Shown: positions 1-14,348 of the stretch, in pieces
How positions within the stretch are numbered: position 1 is the first letter of the stretch
How the letters are laid out: each line of letters opens with the position of its first letter
Origin: Paraspadella gotoi
Lineage: Eukaryota > Animalia > Chaetognatha
Assembly (NCBI GenBank): GCA_051294375.1
Contig: CM119270.1
Location: 18,960,770 to 19,001,005 of the forward strand
Reading direction: 5' to 3'
DNA length: 40,236 bases
Made by a program: the position numbers and the translations under genes
Notes under the pieces: model-generated
What the model was told of the DNA's origin: nothing
Seen by the model: the letters and a program-made list of their open reading frames with translations, nothing else
Database searches by the model: none

Positions 1-2611
1 ACAACAACAACGACAAAAAAACAGCAGCAGCCGGAGTCCACGTCGACGTTAAACATCAAAATTTCGCTTCGACGCTGAAATGAGGTCATTAAGAGAAAAG
101 AATATTCACTCATTCTCACGGCGTTACGTGACGATATACTCACATGGCCGGAGACTTCGAGACGAGACAGAGATGAGCAGCGAGAGTAGATGCATGAGAC
201 GCAGACGACGAGGAGACGACAGCTCTAAGGATATGAGTATTCTGACGAGAGGACGAGACGAGAGAGACGACGAGAAGACGAGAGCTCGAGAGAAGAGAGA
301 AACTAATTGAAAGTTTCAGACAAAAAATAATCAGTTTTTTTCGCTTTTTATCATCAATCAGTTATCCATTCCCTTCCGCTCGGGTATCTTCTCTGCCCCT
401 TTCGATGCAATTCTCATCCTCCTTCAGCTCTATCGACGTCGACCAAACTACTCAGCTGCTTCCTCCGCTCCAGACTCGTCACTGTAGTATCTGCGAGCGG
501 CGGCGAGCGCTCCGCTACGCACGACGAGACGCACTTCTCCTTCGCGGGCTCATCTCTTTCACCGCTCTGTGTCGATCAGTTCAGGTTTGAGCATTTTTTC
601 ATCTCTCGATCGCGTGAGTCGGTCATCTCTAGTTGCTTTCTTTTCCGGTCTTGTATCATTATCTCGAGCGGATCGGTCGCCGGATTTCTGTCTCTCATCT
701 CTCATTCTCTTCTCCTACTCATCTGCACTCTCTGTTTTTCTCTTCTCTCAATTCTCGTCTTTTCTTTACTTTTTTCTCTTTGCTTTCCTCGCTCTTTAAT
801 TTCTTCCTATTCTTTAATTTTTCCTTCTAATGTAACATTTTGTCATTATCTCACTTTTTAATTTCTAACATCTTACATGTTTACTTATACATAAACTACA
901 ATAACAATTTTTTTTTCCATAACATATTCAACCTTATGATAAAATTTCTTTTTTTAATATATTATAATAAAAATATAATCTCAGTTATGTGTTTTGTTAT
1001 CTTTGCGTTTTCTGTTTCAATTTATGGTGATCAAAAAGAACACACACGCAGCCTCAATGAACTGCAAGACACGTACATTCTATTTTGCTAATCACTTATG
1101 GTGATGAATTCTTAAGAATGCCATCTTAGAATAGGCGAGCCGACGCACCGATTCTTAATTTTTAATGGGAAAAACAGCATTAAACAAATCGCATTATGCT
1201 AATTCACTATTGTGGTTAAACTATATTTTTTCATTAGAATTTCTTGATTCATTTTTTTTTCTGTAATTTTTTTTTACATTTCTTTCTTAGAGAAGAAAAG
1301 AAAATCAATTGACAATTTTTGTTATAAAATAGATTTAACAATGATTTAAAAAATGAAAAGCTTGGCTGACAAAATAGCAGATTCCAAGACACGAACTGTT
1401 TTGTAATGGGCTTTTTTGTTTCAAGCTTTGGCTCCAAATTCTGGTATAAGGCGAACCTCTTCAACCACGAAATGGAGACTAACTTAACTTTTCCCAGACA
1501 CAAACTGTGGCTAGACTTTTTTTTTTTTAAACTTTGATATTAGGTAATCAAATGAAATTTATAACGAATTTAAAAAAAAATAATTAAATGTTTTAGGTGA
1601 TTGAACAAAACTATTTTGGCATTGGCTGGAGTTGGGAAAGAATGAAGAAGCACAGGTTTTTCTTAATAACACTTAATGGAACAAGAAAAGGAATAGGAAA
1701 GAAGATGGACAGAGGATATTTCTTGGAAAGAAAAATTAAAGGAATGCAGGACTATCATATTTTTTTAAATATTTGATATTATTGTTATTATATTAATAAT
1801 TAGGTAATGAATTATGTATTAGGTTTAAAAGTACAGGTTACAGGTTATGAGTTCGCGTGGATCCAGGAGCCTTTTTATAAAAACATATTTGTTTTCTTCT
1901 TGTCTTCAATTTTAAAAAAAAACAGACAAAGAAAACGAAAGTCCTTTTATAATATAATTATTATTATAAATTTTTATTGTTATCATAATTATTATTTTTT
2001 AAAGAATTTTAATCTTATATTACGTGGATTTTTAATTGTATTAAGTATTGAAATTATTGAAGGCAAACAAACTATTCAGTAATTAGGATTAAGGCCTAAG
2101 TAAAGGTTAAAGATAATAAAACACGAAAAAAAAATCACTAATAAAATAAAATTTTTAAAAAATAATATAATAACAATAAAAATTTACTAATAATAATTTT
2201 ATTATACAAAGACTTTCGTTTTTGGGGGGGGGGGTGTTGCGTTTTAAACATTGGACGAAGAGAAAAACAAACATTTTTTACTACAACTGAGACTGCCCGG
2301 ATCCGCCGAACTCATGATCAGATTCTCGGCTCGGGAGGCAGAGAGAACAGCCTCGGTGGTGAATGGAGGGTATAGAGAGAGAGAAAAGAGTAAAGTTCGG
2401 GCCGCGCTACAAGGCTCTCCGTATCCGGACTCGACTTTGCAGCCGCGCGGTATGCCGGGAGATAGGGAAAGGAAGAAGGAAGAGGAGTAAGTAATGAGGC
2501 GAGCGAAGTAAGTCGGAAGCAGGGAGAAGCCGATCGGGCCGCCGCGCGGCTGCTCCCGGGAGCGACGCTGCGCCTGAATACGGGCTTCTTGAGTATAGGC
2601 CATGGCTGCAC

Positions 2612-2672
<61 letters not shown>

Positions 2673-2685
2673 CCGAGAGAGAGAG
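2612..2685. repeat. (GA)n microsatellite
   Basis: Directly visible. Confidence 0.95.
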
Positions 2686-2784
2686 GGTGAGCGCCACTCG
2701 ACGCCCGTCTCGCCTCTCAACTCTGGTCACGCCCACTTTTGGTCGAACGAGTCTCTAGTGAAAGGAATCGTCGACTGGAGATGG

Positions 2785-3040
2785 CGTTGTGATCGTTGTT
2801 GTCTTCGTCGTCGTCGTTGTCATCGTCGTTATCGTCTTTGTTTTCGTTGTTGTCGTCGATGCTGTCGGCATCGTCGCTGTCAACGTCTCTGTCGTCGTCT
2901 CCAGCTTCGTTGTCGTCTTTACTTTCCGTCTTGTCGTCATTGTCATTGTCGTTGTCAGTGACGGCGATTTCGTCACTGTCGTCGTCATCGTCGTCGTTGC
3001 TGACGTCTTCGCTGTCATCGTTGTTATTGTTTTTTTCGTC
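2785..3040. repeat. Degenerate (TCG/TTG)n trinucleotide low-complexity tract
   Basis: Directly visible; produces poly-D, poly-T, poly-V and poly-S ORFs in several frames. Confidence 0.85.
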
Positions 3041-3417
3041 ATTTACACTGTCATTACCATATCTTGTGTAACTGTCTCTGCTCTTCATTTTGTGGTCAAT
3101 AAAGTTTTCTTTCTTTCCTCATTGTTTATAATATTATGTGAGTCAATTTATAGATAAAACAATTTTAACGATCGAAACTTCTTTTAATAATTAATGGAAA
3201 GCTAAATCGTAGACCAGAAGGTTATCATTAACTTATAATTAATTTCACACGTTATCTAAATATTAATTGTCAAACGCTAATCGTCTTCTTTTCTTAATGT
3301 CGTCGTCATCGTCGTCGTCATCGTCGTCTTCAGCATCGCGGTTCGAGACGCGTCTCTTCATTGTCCCGAGTCAGCATCCCTTGTCATTAATTCCAACCCT
3401 CCATCGTTTAAGATTTG

Positions 3418-3421
3418 TCTC

Positions 3422-3454
<33 letters not shown>

Positions 3455-3571
3455 TCTCTCTCTCTCGTTCTCTCTCTCTCTCTCATCACATCCCTCATTC
3501 GCCTTAAGATTGACGGTTCCATGATTCCATCCCTCACCTGAGAAACCGTTGTGGCGCCCCAGAGAATCGGA

Positions 3572-3603
<32 letters not shown>

Positions 3604-3640
3604 CTTCTCTCTCTCTCTCTCTCTCCTCTCTCTTCTCTAT
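3418..3640. repeat. Two (CT)n microsatellites (3418-3484, 3576-3640)
   Basis: Directly visible. Confidence 0.9.
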
Positions 3641-3856
3641 CTTTCTTCCCTTTCCAAATTTTTTTACTAAAATGCGCCAATCTTCCTACCAACATGTGTA
3701 CTGCTCAAACAAAATCCTTTCACATTTCATGACAAAACAAGACGTGAATTTGTGTCAATTTTAAAGGAAACACGATCATCTGACGGACAAAATAGAAAGA
3801 AAAAGTCGAACGTCAAACGTAATTAAAGAGACGCATTCCATTTTTGCGTGAAATCG

Positions 3857-3946
<90 letters not shown>
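3857..3946. repeat. (GA)n microsatellite
   Basis: Directly visible. Confidence 0.95.
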
Positions 3947-3950
<4 letters not shown>

Positions 3951-6900
3951 AAAGAAACCTAAAAAAGCGAAGACGACCGCGCTCGCTCGCGCCGACGACG
4001 GAACGAGGTCACGTGAGGGAACGAGAATTAGATCACGTGATTCCGTCACGTGATAAGACGATGACGTCAACGAAAACAGAGAGAAAAGAAAATCACCTTG
4101 TTGATGGAAGACGAAGATTTTAAGGGAAGATTTGTCTGGAAAGAACGAGGGGGAGGAGGGGGGAGAGGGGGAAGAGGGGAAGGGGGGAAGAGGGGGAAGA
4201 GGGGGAGGAAAACGAGTTATGATTTTAATGGAGGAAGGAGGAAAGGAGGAGGAGGAGAAAGGAAAATAAAAAGAGGCATCGCGCAACAAGTCGGAGGCTG
4301 GCAGCGAGGAAAGAGAGAGGGAGGTAACCGACGTTGAGTTTTTTATGGAAAATGAGTGTATTGAACTAAGTTCGGAGAAGTGGCGGCTTTGATATTCCTA
4401 ACTGACTGGACAAATTCTCTGCGCATTGAAACCAGATGGGAAATCGGGGGTATAGGAATGGCGCAGAAGAGAGATGGCGCGCGGTCAAAGACGCCCTGGA
4501 GAATGATGACCGGACAAGTCTCGGTAGATGACGTCGGCTAAGGCCGAAAGGACGACGATCTACGAAGCCCAGGACTTGACGAATGTAGATGTAAAGTCTG
4601 TAAAAGAGAGTTAGAAGTCGGGCAAAGAATAACAAAAACATTTAGTACAAACTCAGCAAATATATATAAATTTTAAAGTGTCTTTCTTAACTTGTTTCTG
4701 AAGCCAATAATATGCAAAAATAGAGATGCTTCTCTCATAGAAAAGTCCTACCAAACCAGCGATCACCACAAAATAAGAATTCCGAGATACTCCTTGATAA
4801 AGAGTTTCTAATGCCTTCTGAAAAGAACTAAAACCCAGTGACAACGTTTGAAGATCTGAAGATGCCACGTGTCCAGAATTCGATTAAAAATTCTTAATCG
4901 ACCCATTATCGAAATCACGGCACCAAATCAGAATCAGCTGTACACTGCCTTCGGAATTCGTACTAAGGTATAAACAAAAAGATAAGAGCTAAAGATGTTC
5001 GTGTCGATCGCTAGATGGAAGCATTTTCGATGTCAGTAATAAAGGAGCAAAAGCAGCAACGGGAACAGGTAGAGAAAGCTGGATTTCCTCGATATTAAAA
5101 GATAAGTTATTTCGTAACACCCCGCCCTATTTGGGTAATGTCAAGCATACCAAATACCTTGGCGATGTCTAGAAATAACAATCTAAAATATCCAGGTCGC
5201 AGGGGGATGGAAAAGAGGAAGGAAGTAATATTTAAAAACTGAGTAAATGCAAATTGCGCCCAGACTTACTTGGTCAATACCTCAAAAAAATTCCAATAAA
5301 ACTGACAAAATTTTCTGACAAACGGTTTTGAAACGGAAGACGGGGTGACGACTGCAGGAACGACAAACTGACGCGGCGACAACCCTCTTTCCCCAACCGC
5401 TGTTGTACTTCAAAGTTATCATGTTTGAAGACGAAACAGTGGGTTACAACAATGAATGAATTAGAAAACCGAGCCTGATGTAATTAAAAACTACGTTGTC
5501 GTATCTAAAATAATTTTTCACCCCAAAAAACAGAAAACGAAGACAAGTATGTTTCGCTCGGTGTTCATCGAAACGGCCGGAGGTGCCGCTCACCAACTTC
5601 TGCAGAGTTAAGCGAAGCGCCGTGTGACGATTGGCCGGAACGAACGTCTCTGACCTACGAATAGGAAAAAACAAAAAATAACCTGTACGGCGTGGTTATC
5701 ATTACACCCGGTTTTCAAACCGTAAATCACAAAAAAACGTAAAAACACTACAAAACGTTTTCAATCCTGGGCGTTTAACTTTAAAAAAAAATCGTTGCCC
5801 GCTAACTGAAAAAAAACGATACAATCAAATTGGCCCTATAAATAAATTGACACAAGGCACGGGGGAAATGAGACGGAAAGGGAGCTAAATATTCGAAACT
5901 AATGAACTGACTAACACAATAAATGATTTTTGGCAAGCGACTTCGGGCATTATCACTACAAAATAACTAAATTTCTAAAAGCAAAACAATTGAAAGCCTT
6001 TATCGAAATTTAAAGCCGGTTGTAACTGACACCCGGTGGCCGACTTTTAAACACCGATTAAATTTAACTTAGGGTCGAAAACCGCGAAGACCGGTTGTTA
6101 ACTGACCCCGGTGGGATCTCCGGATTTCGACATTTATGTAAACACCGCGACTTCGATAGTAGCCAACTTAAAAGAAAAGAAGCGTGAATTTTAATGGAAG
6201 CCCGAATCGTAAGGAACGATACGGCACCCGCGACCAATTCGAAATTCCAAGCTGGAAACGAAAAGGTAAAAGAAAAACATACTTATGGTTGTTGGATTTG
6301 GCAATAACGAATATACAGTTTAAACCGAAATGCACTTCTGCCCCCGCAGGAACGAAATCGGATCTCGAAGTCGACTATCGAACCGGGCTAAGAACGATAT
6401 CAAACCCTAGACTTCAGACGCACCTGGGCGAGGCCAAAAGGTGCCTTTTATAATCACGACAAACCAGAAGACGAATAACACAATCCTCAAAATATTCAAA
6501 TTTTTTCTCAGAACCGCAGGTGCCGATAAAGGAATCACACATAACTTCAGCACATAGGGCAATACTCCCCAGTCATCCTTCAACGACTCCTTGGATGAAG
6601 CCCGATGCGAAAAGACCGAATCTTTCGAAGATTCCGCCGTACGTCCGTCCCTTTACCAAAATGTTAGAGACGCACAAGCCATATAGACAAACGACAAACC
6701 TTAAACTGAGCCTACGGGAAAAAATAGTAAAATATGAGACGTAATATAAAATACTAAATCTTGGATCAATCTTGCAACTAAATCTTTCGCCGTTTCTTCT
6801 TTGTAAACGAAGTCTTCTTGAAATATACACTGTAGCAAAAGAATAAATACCTTTATCTACCTAATGTCCGTAGTAGGTTGGAAAAATAAAAATATTAAAC

Positions 6901-9900
6901 TAACTAAAACGAAATCAATTCCTATCACAATACTAAACCCGAAACGATACATAAACCAAAAAAAATGATACACTAAGAAAACAAAATCAGTTCCTGAACT
7001 CTGGATGCATAATAGGACTTACTTTGATTGGTATATTTATTTTAAGCATTCCGTCTGCCGTTGCAACGAGAATAACTACGGCAAGGTAAAACTAAAAGAG
7101 ACAACGATGGGGCGAGACCCCTCAAACCCTGCCAAAAATAAAACCAGCAATAACATGGTAATCCCTCGTGGCTGGCTCCCTGATTCCAGCTCCTGTTTTC
7201 TTATATTAAAGGGGAAATACAAAAAAATGAGAACGTACAAAGTCCGAACGATTAGAAACCAGCTGACTTGCCGGGAAACCGGACATAACTGTAAGCGACG
7301 GGTAAGACTTAAAGGGGTTTCCGGTAGGTCCTTGCCCGCCTTAAAAGAGGATAGACGGTGGCTCTAACAAGTAAACCTTTCGTCTACCGCTGGAATGCCC
7401 ACGTTTGGGCTTACCGGGACACCCCAGCCTTCTTATTCCAAACAATTCCTTACTGGAACGCCGTGTATACACACAGAGACGCACGACACGCCTTGCGGCC
7501 GCGCCAGGGGAGACAGTCTTGAACAGGTCTTTGACACACGTATCAACAAAAACACCAGCCATAACAGCTCATTTGACATACATACTTTAGCGTCAACTCA
7601 CGAAGCTTCCCGTCCGTCTAGAGACTTTCGAAAAATCGAGGCAAAAAACTTTAATCAAAAGCGAAAATAATATTAGGGGCAAACTATGTAAATATTAAAC
7701 TATCAAAGAGAGATAATCTAATCATTCTTCTTCACTACTCTAATGTGTCTCTTCTCCTAGGCCTATCAAAAAACGACAAACTAAATAAATACAACAAATG
7801 GGAACAGATGGGGTGTTTTCTACACAGGCACACTCGAGCACATAGAGTTTGCAACACAACGCCTCCGAAGAGGGTTCGTTCCTTTACCCACCACACACAA
7901 CATCGTCTTTTCTGGTCGGGAAGAAACACGTTGGGCGAGCGTTGGTTTGTTTTCCTCCTCTCACCAAACCAAAAAACCTTGACCTTTCGAACTCATTTTC
8001 ACAACTTCTTTCTTCTCACATCCACCAAGAACAAATCTAATAAAACCAAAAATACACTTTGTTAATTTAGTGGTTAAGGACTTATTCACTAAAAAACGAA
8101 AAATATCCATTTTTAAAAAACGAAACCAAAGTATCTTTAAAACCATATTTTTCTAAAAAAAAATACTAAAAATTTTCATTAACGAAAAATTGGCCGTACC
8201 CCCCCGCACCGAACGGAGAGGGAACGAACCTGTTCGTCACAACAAAAAAGAAAAAAAATTTTTCGAAAAAAATTTAGCAACCCAAAATCGTTTTAAGTCC
8301 CAAAAAATACAAGAAAAGACTACGCGTGAGTTTAATTTGTAATGTTTTGGGGGAAACGGGGGAAAATCCCAAATTTCTCTCGAGCAGTAAAGTCGCGAAG
8401 ATCTGAAGGAAAAAAGGCAAATGATAGTAAAAACACTTTATCCGGAGATAACCGAGGCCGTACGATCGAATTGAAAATCGAGAATTAACCTGCCGGAAAA
8501 CCCAAAACATACAAAATAACAATAAAAATAAATATTTATTTAACGCTAAAAAATATTTCAGAAAAAGTAAGTATACAATAATTATTTTTCCCCCCCGAAA
8601 TGCCCCGCCGCCAACACCAAGTTTCCAGCAGACCAACCGCAACTTATCGATTCGTGCTTTAAACCGCCGATAAACCGAGACATCCGATCACGATCGAGCC
8701 GTCTCACTACGAACCGGAAGTGCATGTTCATCGTGCCGAAGCCGGATGTAAACGAGCACAAAACCACGAAGAAACAATGTCATGTAAATTTACGGTCGCC
8801 ATCGACGATGCAAACTCGAAAATTTTCGAATGGCGTTTAACCAAATATCGATGAGTCCAACGATATAGCAATATCACGGGGCGTAAACCGAAATATGACG
8901 AAATTACGTTACCTACCCACCCACCACGACCCGTAAACCTCGCGAAATCCTGTACGCAACGACCACGAAAGGAAAAATTAATTAAAATTCTCAAAAACCG
9001 TAAAAAAGGCAAAAAAATTTCAGATTTGAAAAAAGGCACACACGCGCTCCACAACACATTGGTCAAATCGGAGAGAGGCTAGAAGCGAGCCCGACCCTAC
9101 TTCCGCAACGGACAGCACTCCACACGATCACGCCGGCCCATGGTAAACACCCTTCCACCGGATACTTTCCTGAACCCACCAGCGCGGACGGACGTCAAAG
9201 CCAAGCCAAAAGCAAAGAGGAACTCCGTCCACCAAAGGCGCCCCCCATGCGAGATCACACGCTCCGAAAATGATGCAGAAAATTCGAAATAATAGGCAAA
9301 TAAAAATGAATAAAACATCGAAATAAAAATATAAATACGGCTTTTTTAGCGGGGCACTCCCATAAAAAAAGTTTTGCTAAGTGCAGAAAAAATAGGAAAT
9401 CCGAGTGAACGCGACAGAAAGAAAATGAATTAATAATAACGTTTTTCGCCACGTTTTACAGAATCGATCCGTATTTTCGAGATCCCAACCCTTTACTCCC
9501 GCCAAAGGAGAATCCAGCTTTTCAGCTGAATTTGAACAAAACCAGAAAAGACGGAATAAAGAAATAAAAAATAACTTTTGATTAAAATGAAAAAACATTA
9601 AAATCATAAAACAGAAGACGAGCTTTTCAGCTCACAGAAAAGAAAAAGGCTTTCGAGAAAAGCCTAGCGCCGTCGAATTAAAGTAAAAAATAGCCTAAGC
9701 CTTCAGCGCGGAGAGCCTGTTAACAATTAGAGAAAAAAATACCCGAAAAAGAGTCAAGGATGACTCGCGCTCGACGGAGTTTAAATTTATATTTAAAAAA
9801 TGAAAAAGGAATAATTAATAATAAAAAAATTATCCTATCATTAATAATTAAACCCGTAATTAAACCGCTCGGTTATTTTATAAAAAATTCTCTAAATAAT

Positions 9901-10709
9901 TTTTACTTTAAAACGCTGTAAGCGTTTCAAAAAACGAAAAAAACTTTTACTTTTCTGCGACCGGGGCCGTCGCACCAAAAAATTGAAAAAACCTTTGCGC
10001 CCCCGTTCTTAAAATAAAAAAATGTCTGGCCGTATAGAACGGACGCAGACTTGTCCTGGGGCCGCAGTTACGGACGCCAGGACAGAACAGAAAAAATAAA
10101 TAAATTGTCTGGCGTATAGAAACGGAGCAGACAGAAAACAAAAATTACTAGAGAGTTACTAACTAAAGAATCCGTTTTTCGTCGGAACGTCGTCAGATGG
10201 AATTCCCGGAGAGAACCACTGACCCTTTGACGAACGACGAACCAGATCCGTTGGGTTCTGTAAAAATAAAGAGGCACAAATAAACAAAATTTAAGAAATA
10301 AATATTATAATTTATTTAAAAGTGTGCGGAAAAATGCAGATTAAAAATTAGCCTAGGTAATTTATAATCAAAGGTACATTTTGGCGACTTATCTTATCAT
10401 AAGCACACTTAATAATTGTTTCGGATGCCCGACTGAGAAATGACTCAGACGACACAATGCGCGCAAATATTACTTAAATAATGTGCCAATAAATAAGTAA
10501 ATCACGTGACATTTAACCACCAATAATTTAAACAGCTCAGTGGTTTTAACAGGGGAGGGAGCTTCCGTAAACCCAAACCTTTAAACAATGATTCTATGTG
10601 CTGTAACAAGATTTAGCCCCCNNNNNNNNNNNNNNNNNNNNNNNNNCGTTCGCGCGCACTGTCACTTCACCCCAGAAGGCTCTTATTATCTCCTATCTAT
10701 CTCCTCTCA

Positions 10710-10764
10710 TCTACTCTCCTCTCTCTCTCTTCTCCTTCCTCTCTCTCTCTTCTCTCTCTCTCTC

Positions 10765-10809
<45 letters not shown>
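10710..10809. repeat. (CT)n microsatellite
   Basis: Directly visible. Confidence 0.9.
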
Positions 10810-10811
<2 letters not shown>

Positions 10812-11334
10812 GAGTCACCTTTTCTCCGATTTCACGCGCATTTCGAATCTCTCTCCTCTCTCTCTGCCTTCGCGGCGCCGACGAAATAGTGCGTGCGACT
10901 CTTTATTTCTCTCGTGCGTGCGACTTTCACTTTTGCACGTGCACTGGAATCCTTTCAGCTACAATCATGTTCTCTGTGAAAAGCAAACATGACGTAGAAA
11001 GAAGGAAGTAGTAGTGAGAGAGAGAGAAACGAAGCCGTAAACGAAGAAGCGAAACAACAGAAGAAGAGAGAGCGTGCAGAGCGCAAATCAGAGTGACTTT
11101 ATTGAGTCGAGTTTATACTTCTCCATTAATTCTTTTTTAAACTATTTCTATCAAAACTCGCGAGATAACATTTAAAACATATCTTAATTTAAAATAACAG
11201 TGACAATCGCCCAGAGTGCTATGCTTATAGGACAGAACTACCACTCTTTCAATCTGGTCACGGCAATTAACGAAAACAACAACATAAGTCTGCCAACGCG
11301 GTGGCGACCGTTTAGAACGCCGACAGGTGAGGAC

Positions 11335-14308
11335 GCAATGCCCCTTCTTTTGGGTCGATACGGTAGGCGCATACCTTCCGTTTGTGTTATGAACTGGTCT
11401 CAGGAATCGGGGTCGACGTGGGGAAAGCTTACGGTCGGCATTGTGTATCCTGGTACCGATTTCGTTTCGTCATCCGATCCGATTGAGGACTGATAATGGC
11501 CTGGAGACCTGTTGTTGAGGGGTCGGTATCGGGGCTGGTCTCTCACACTTTTTCGGTTTATTGGGTGCTCGGTCCCTGGATGGCCATCGTCGGCCATCAA
11601 CGGACTCGGACTTGGGGCCCAAATAACCGGATAGCCCGGTGGTTCGTTGTTGCAGCTTCGTGTGGAAAACCGTGCGAGGAGGTCCCTCTTAGCTTACTGA
11701 ACTTCTGAGTGTGTGAACGAGCGGATCGGAGAAGAAGGTCGAGATATCCTATGGAGGTTCGGGTTCATTTGGGTTCTCGAGGAAGACACGGGTCGGGACC
11801 ACATTTGGGTGAGTTATACAGTCGGGATGGCGTTTCTATGGGGACTGACACTAGTGGGTCTTCTCTGGGTTCATGCAGAAATGGTGATTGATATTTGAGG
11901 GAGGACTCATCGCGATTTTAATGACACGGGGACAGTTGATACCATGTGGTTCATATTCGGGGTTTTGTTGAGTGTTATGTATTTTTTAGGGGTCTCGCAT
12001 AATTACTCACATGGGTGTGGTTAGAGCTTGTGTTTGTAATTTGTGTTAAATTGTGTAATTTGGGTAATTTTTGATGTAAAATTTAGAATGAATAGAAAAT
12101 GTGTATAAACTTGATGTTAATTGTAAGTTAATTTGTAGTATGATACATCTTTTGTACTTTGCTATGGAACGCACTATCCTATGTGTTAGGGTGCAAAATT
12201 ATAATTCAATTCTTTTCATTTTCCTCATCGGTGAGTGTTTCACATAATATTCACGCTATTGAGTCATTTATCATAAGAATATAAATAACATTTATAACGC
12301 GAAAACTTTATGGTATTATAATCTTAAATGTGTGTAACAGAGTTATTTTGCTTCATTGCTAAGAACAAGTAATATTTCGTCCAAATCATAGTGTCAATCT
12401 TACTTCGTGAGAACATTATATAAACCCACTTCCATCAACCATGATCATCACAACACACGTTAATACTACGAATATTCATCTCGAGCGCATTCTAGGTAAA
12501 CGCAAATCGTTTTCTTTTTTCTATAATGTCGATTCGGTCATCCAGGTTCGTGCCGATTCATCCGGACTCCGGGTGCGATCTTCCATAAGGGCATCGACAG
12601 GAGGTTCGAGAACCGCACGGTCTCTCAAGTCCAGGAAAGTCAGCAATCCTTGTCCATTATATCAAACCCTCCATCGTTTAAGATTGGACTCTCTCATCTC
12701 TCTCTCTTCTCTTTTCTCTCTCTCTCTCTCTCCTCTCTCTCCTTCCTCCTTGTCTCTCATAACAGGAATCTATCTCTTGCGTGCGTCGAGAAGTATTGGT
12801 AGGGTCTACATTGGCATCTTCATCCCTATCTTAAGGGCCTGACGTGAAGGACGTGCGTAGCGGCTGAATGAGGGCGCCTGGTCGACGATTGGCAGAATCG
12901 GGGAATATATGGGCGCTTCCTCTTCTCTGTGCAGAATACGAGTTTGGTTTCATCTCACTTCTGGCTGGGCCACGCCGTCGGTGTCCTTGCGTCTGCCCGC
13001 GGTGCGGGTCTGGAATTTCAAATAGAAATCTGCTGACAATTTAATTTATCTCATCTCTTTCTCGCTCTCCTAGCGCCGTATGCTATGTTACAAATTTACG
13101 TTTCTTACGATCGTTATTTCTGTATCTATGTTGCTATCACTGTGTATCCTTCTATTTAACTATAATTTCAGAGGAGCAATATATAATAACTTTCTCTCAC
13201 GAGGAGTCTATTTTTTTCTAACATTCTCTTTCCCGTTAACTTTTCAATTGGTTCTTGAATTTCGAGTGTCTTCACAAAAAGTTTTGTCTTCGATTTTCAT
13301 TGTCTCTTCTTCGTTAATTCATTTTTCCACAAAATATTCGGTCATTTCGTCTTCTGCTCCGGCAATCCGTTCTTACCTATAGTCTTTCATTATTACCAAT
13401 TAAAAGCTTGTACTTACATCTCCTCTGTGCCCTCATCCTTCAGCAATCCGTAAATAGCGGTCCTTGTTTAATATCCGCGGGCTTCTTCCATTCGAACGAT
13501 TTCGCTTAGAACGATATTCGTTTTCACTTTTTTCCCAGATATGTTTTTCATCTTTCTTTTACAAAGAGTTACGACAAGTCCGCATAAGCCGGCAGGCACT
13601 CATTTGGAAAATTGACTAACCTATGTTTAAAAACTATCCTTAAGTTAAGTTGATTTTCCAAATATAAGTTCCTAATACAAAATTTCGAATGCTGGCGAAT
13701 AGACTTTCCCGTAACTCCGGAACTTACCACGGGGAGACTGACAGCGCTAAGTCCGGCGGCCTGGACAAGGTCCGAAGAAAATTGGCGGTTCCGACGCTGC
13801 TTGACAATTTGAAATTAGTTAACCTTCGCTTTGAGAAAATAAATTCCTGTCACCATTTTGCAAGAAACAAAGAACAAGAAGCGTAATGGGTGGTTAGTTA
13901 TTGTATATATAGAATCACATAGCGAAGCAGAGAGAAATTTTCTCTTTAGCAACGCAGGTCTGCGACAAAAATAAAATAGAAAATGCGAGAAAATAGGAGA
14001 CAGTAGGAAAATTCGGTCAAAAACGGTAATTAACGAGCATAGCGTGACATTTTCTTTTTTAGCAATAAATTGAAATAACGATTTTTCACGGGGTTTGCAG
14101 CATGTTGCTTGCTTCGTGGTAATCCCGGAGAATAACAGGGTTATTTGGCAATTAATTATAGGGAAGAACCATGAAACAGAGAAGCGAGAAATGCCACAGA
14201 GCTACACAATTTAAAAATTGAGGTAGGATAAGATCGAACGATGGTGTATGGGCTCAAGCGAGAAGAGTGAAGGAGCAGTGCACTAGTTACCGAGTGACGT
14301 AAGATTAC

Positions 14309-14348
<40 letters not shown>

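Noticed and set aside
2717-3157. Poly-Asp, poly-Val, poly-Ser and poly-Arg/Cys ORFs
   Set aside because: All arise from one degenerate (TCG)n tract that is open in most frames.
4400-10620. Numerous 60-120 aa ORFs
   Set aside because: No domain motifs or consistent splice signals; the sequence has the texture of uncorrected long-read data.
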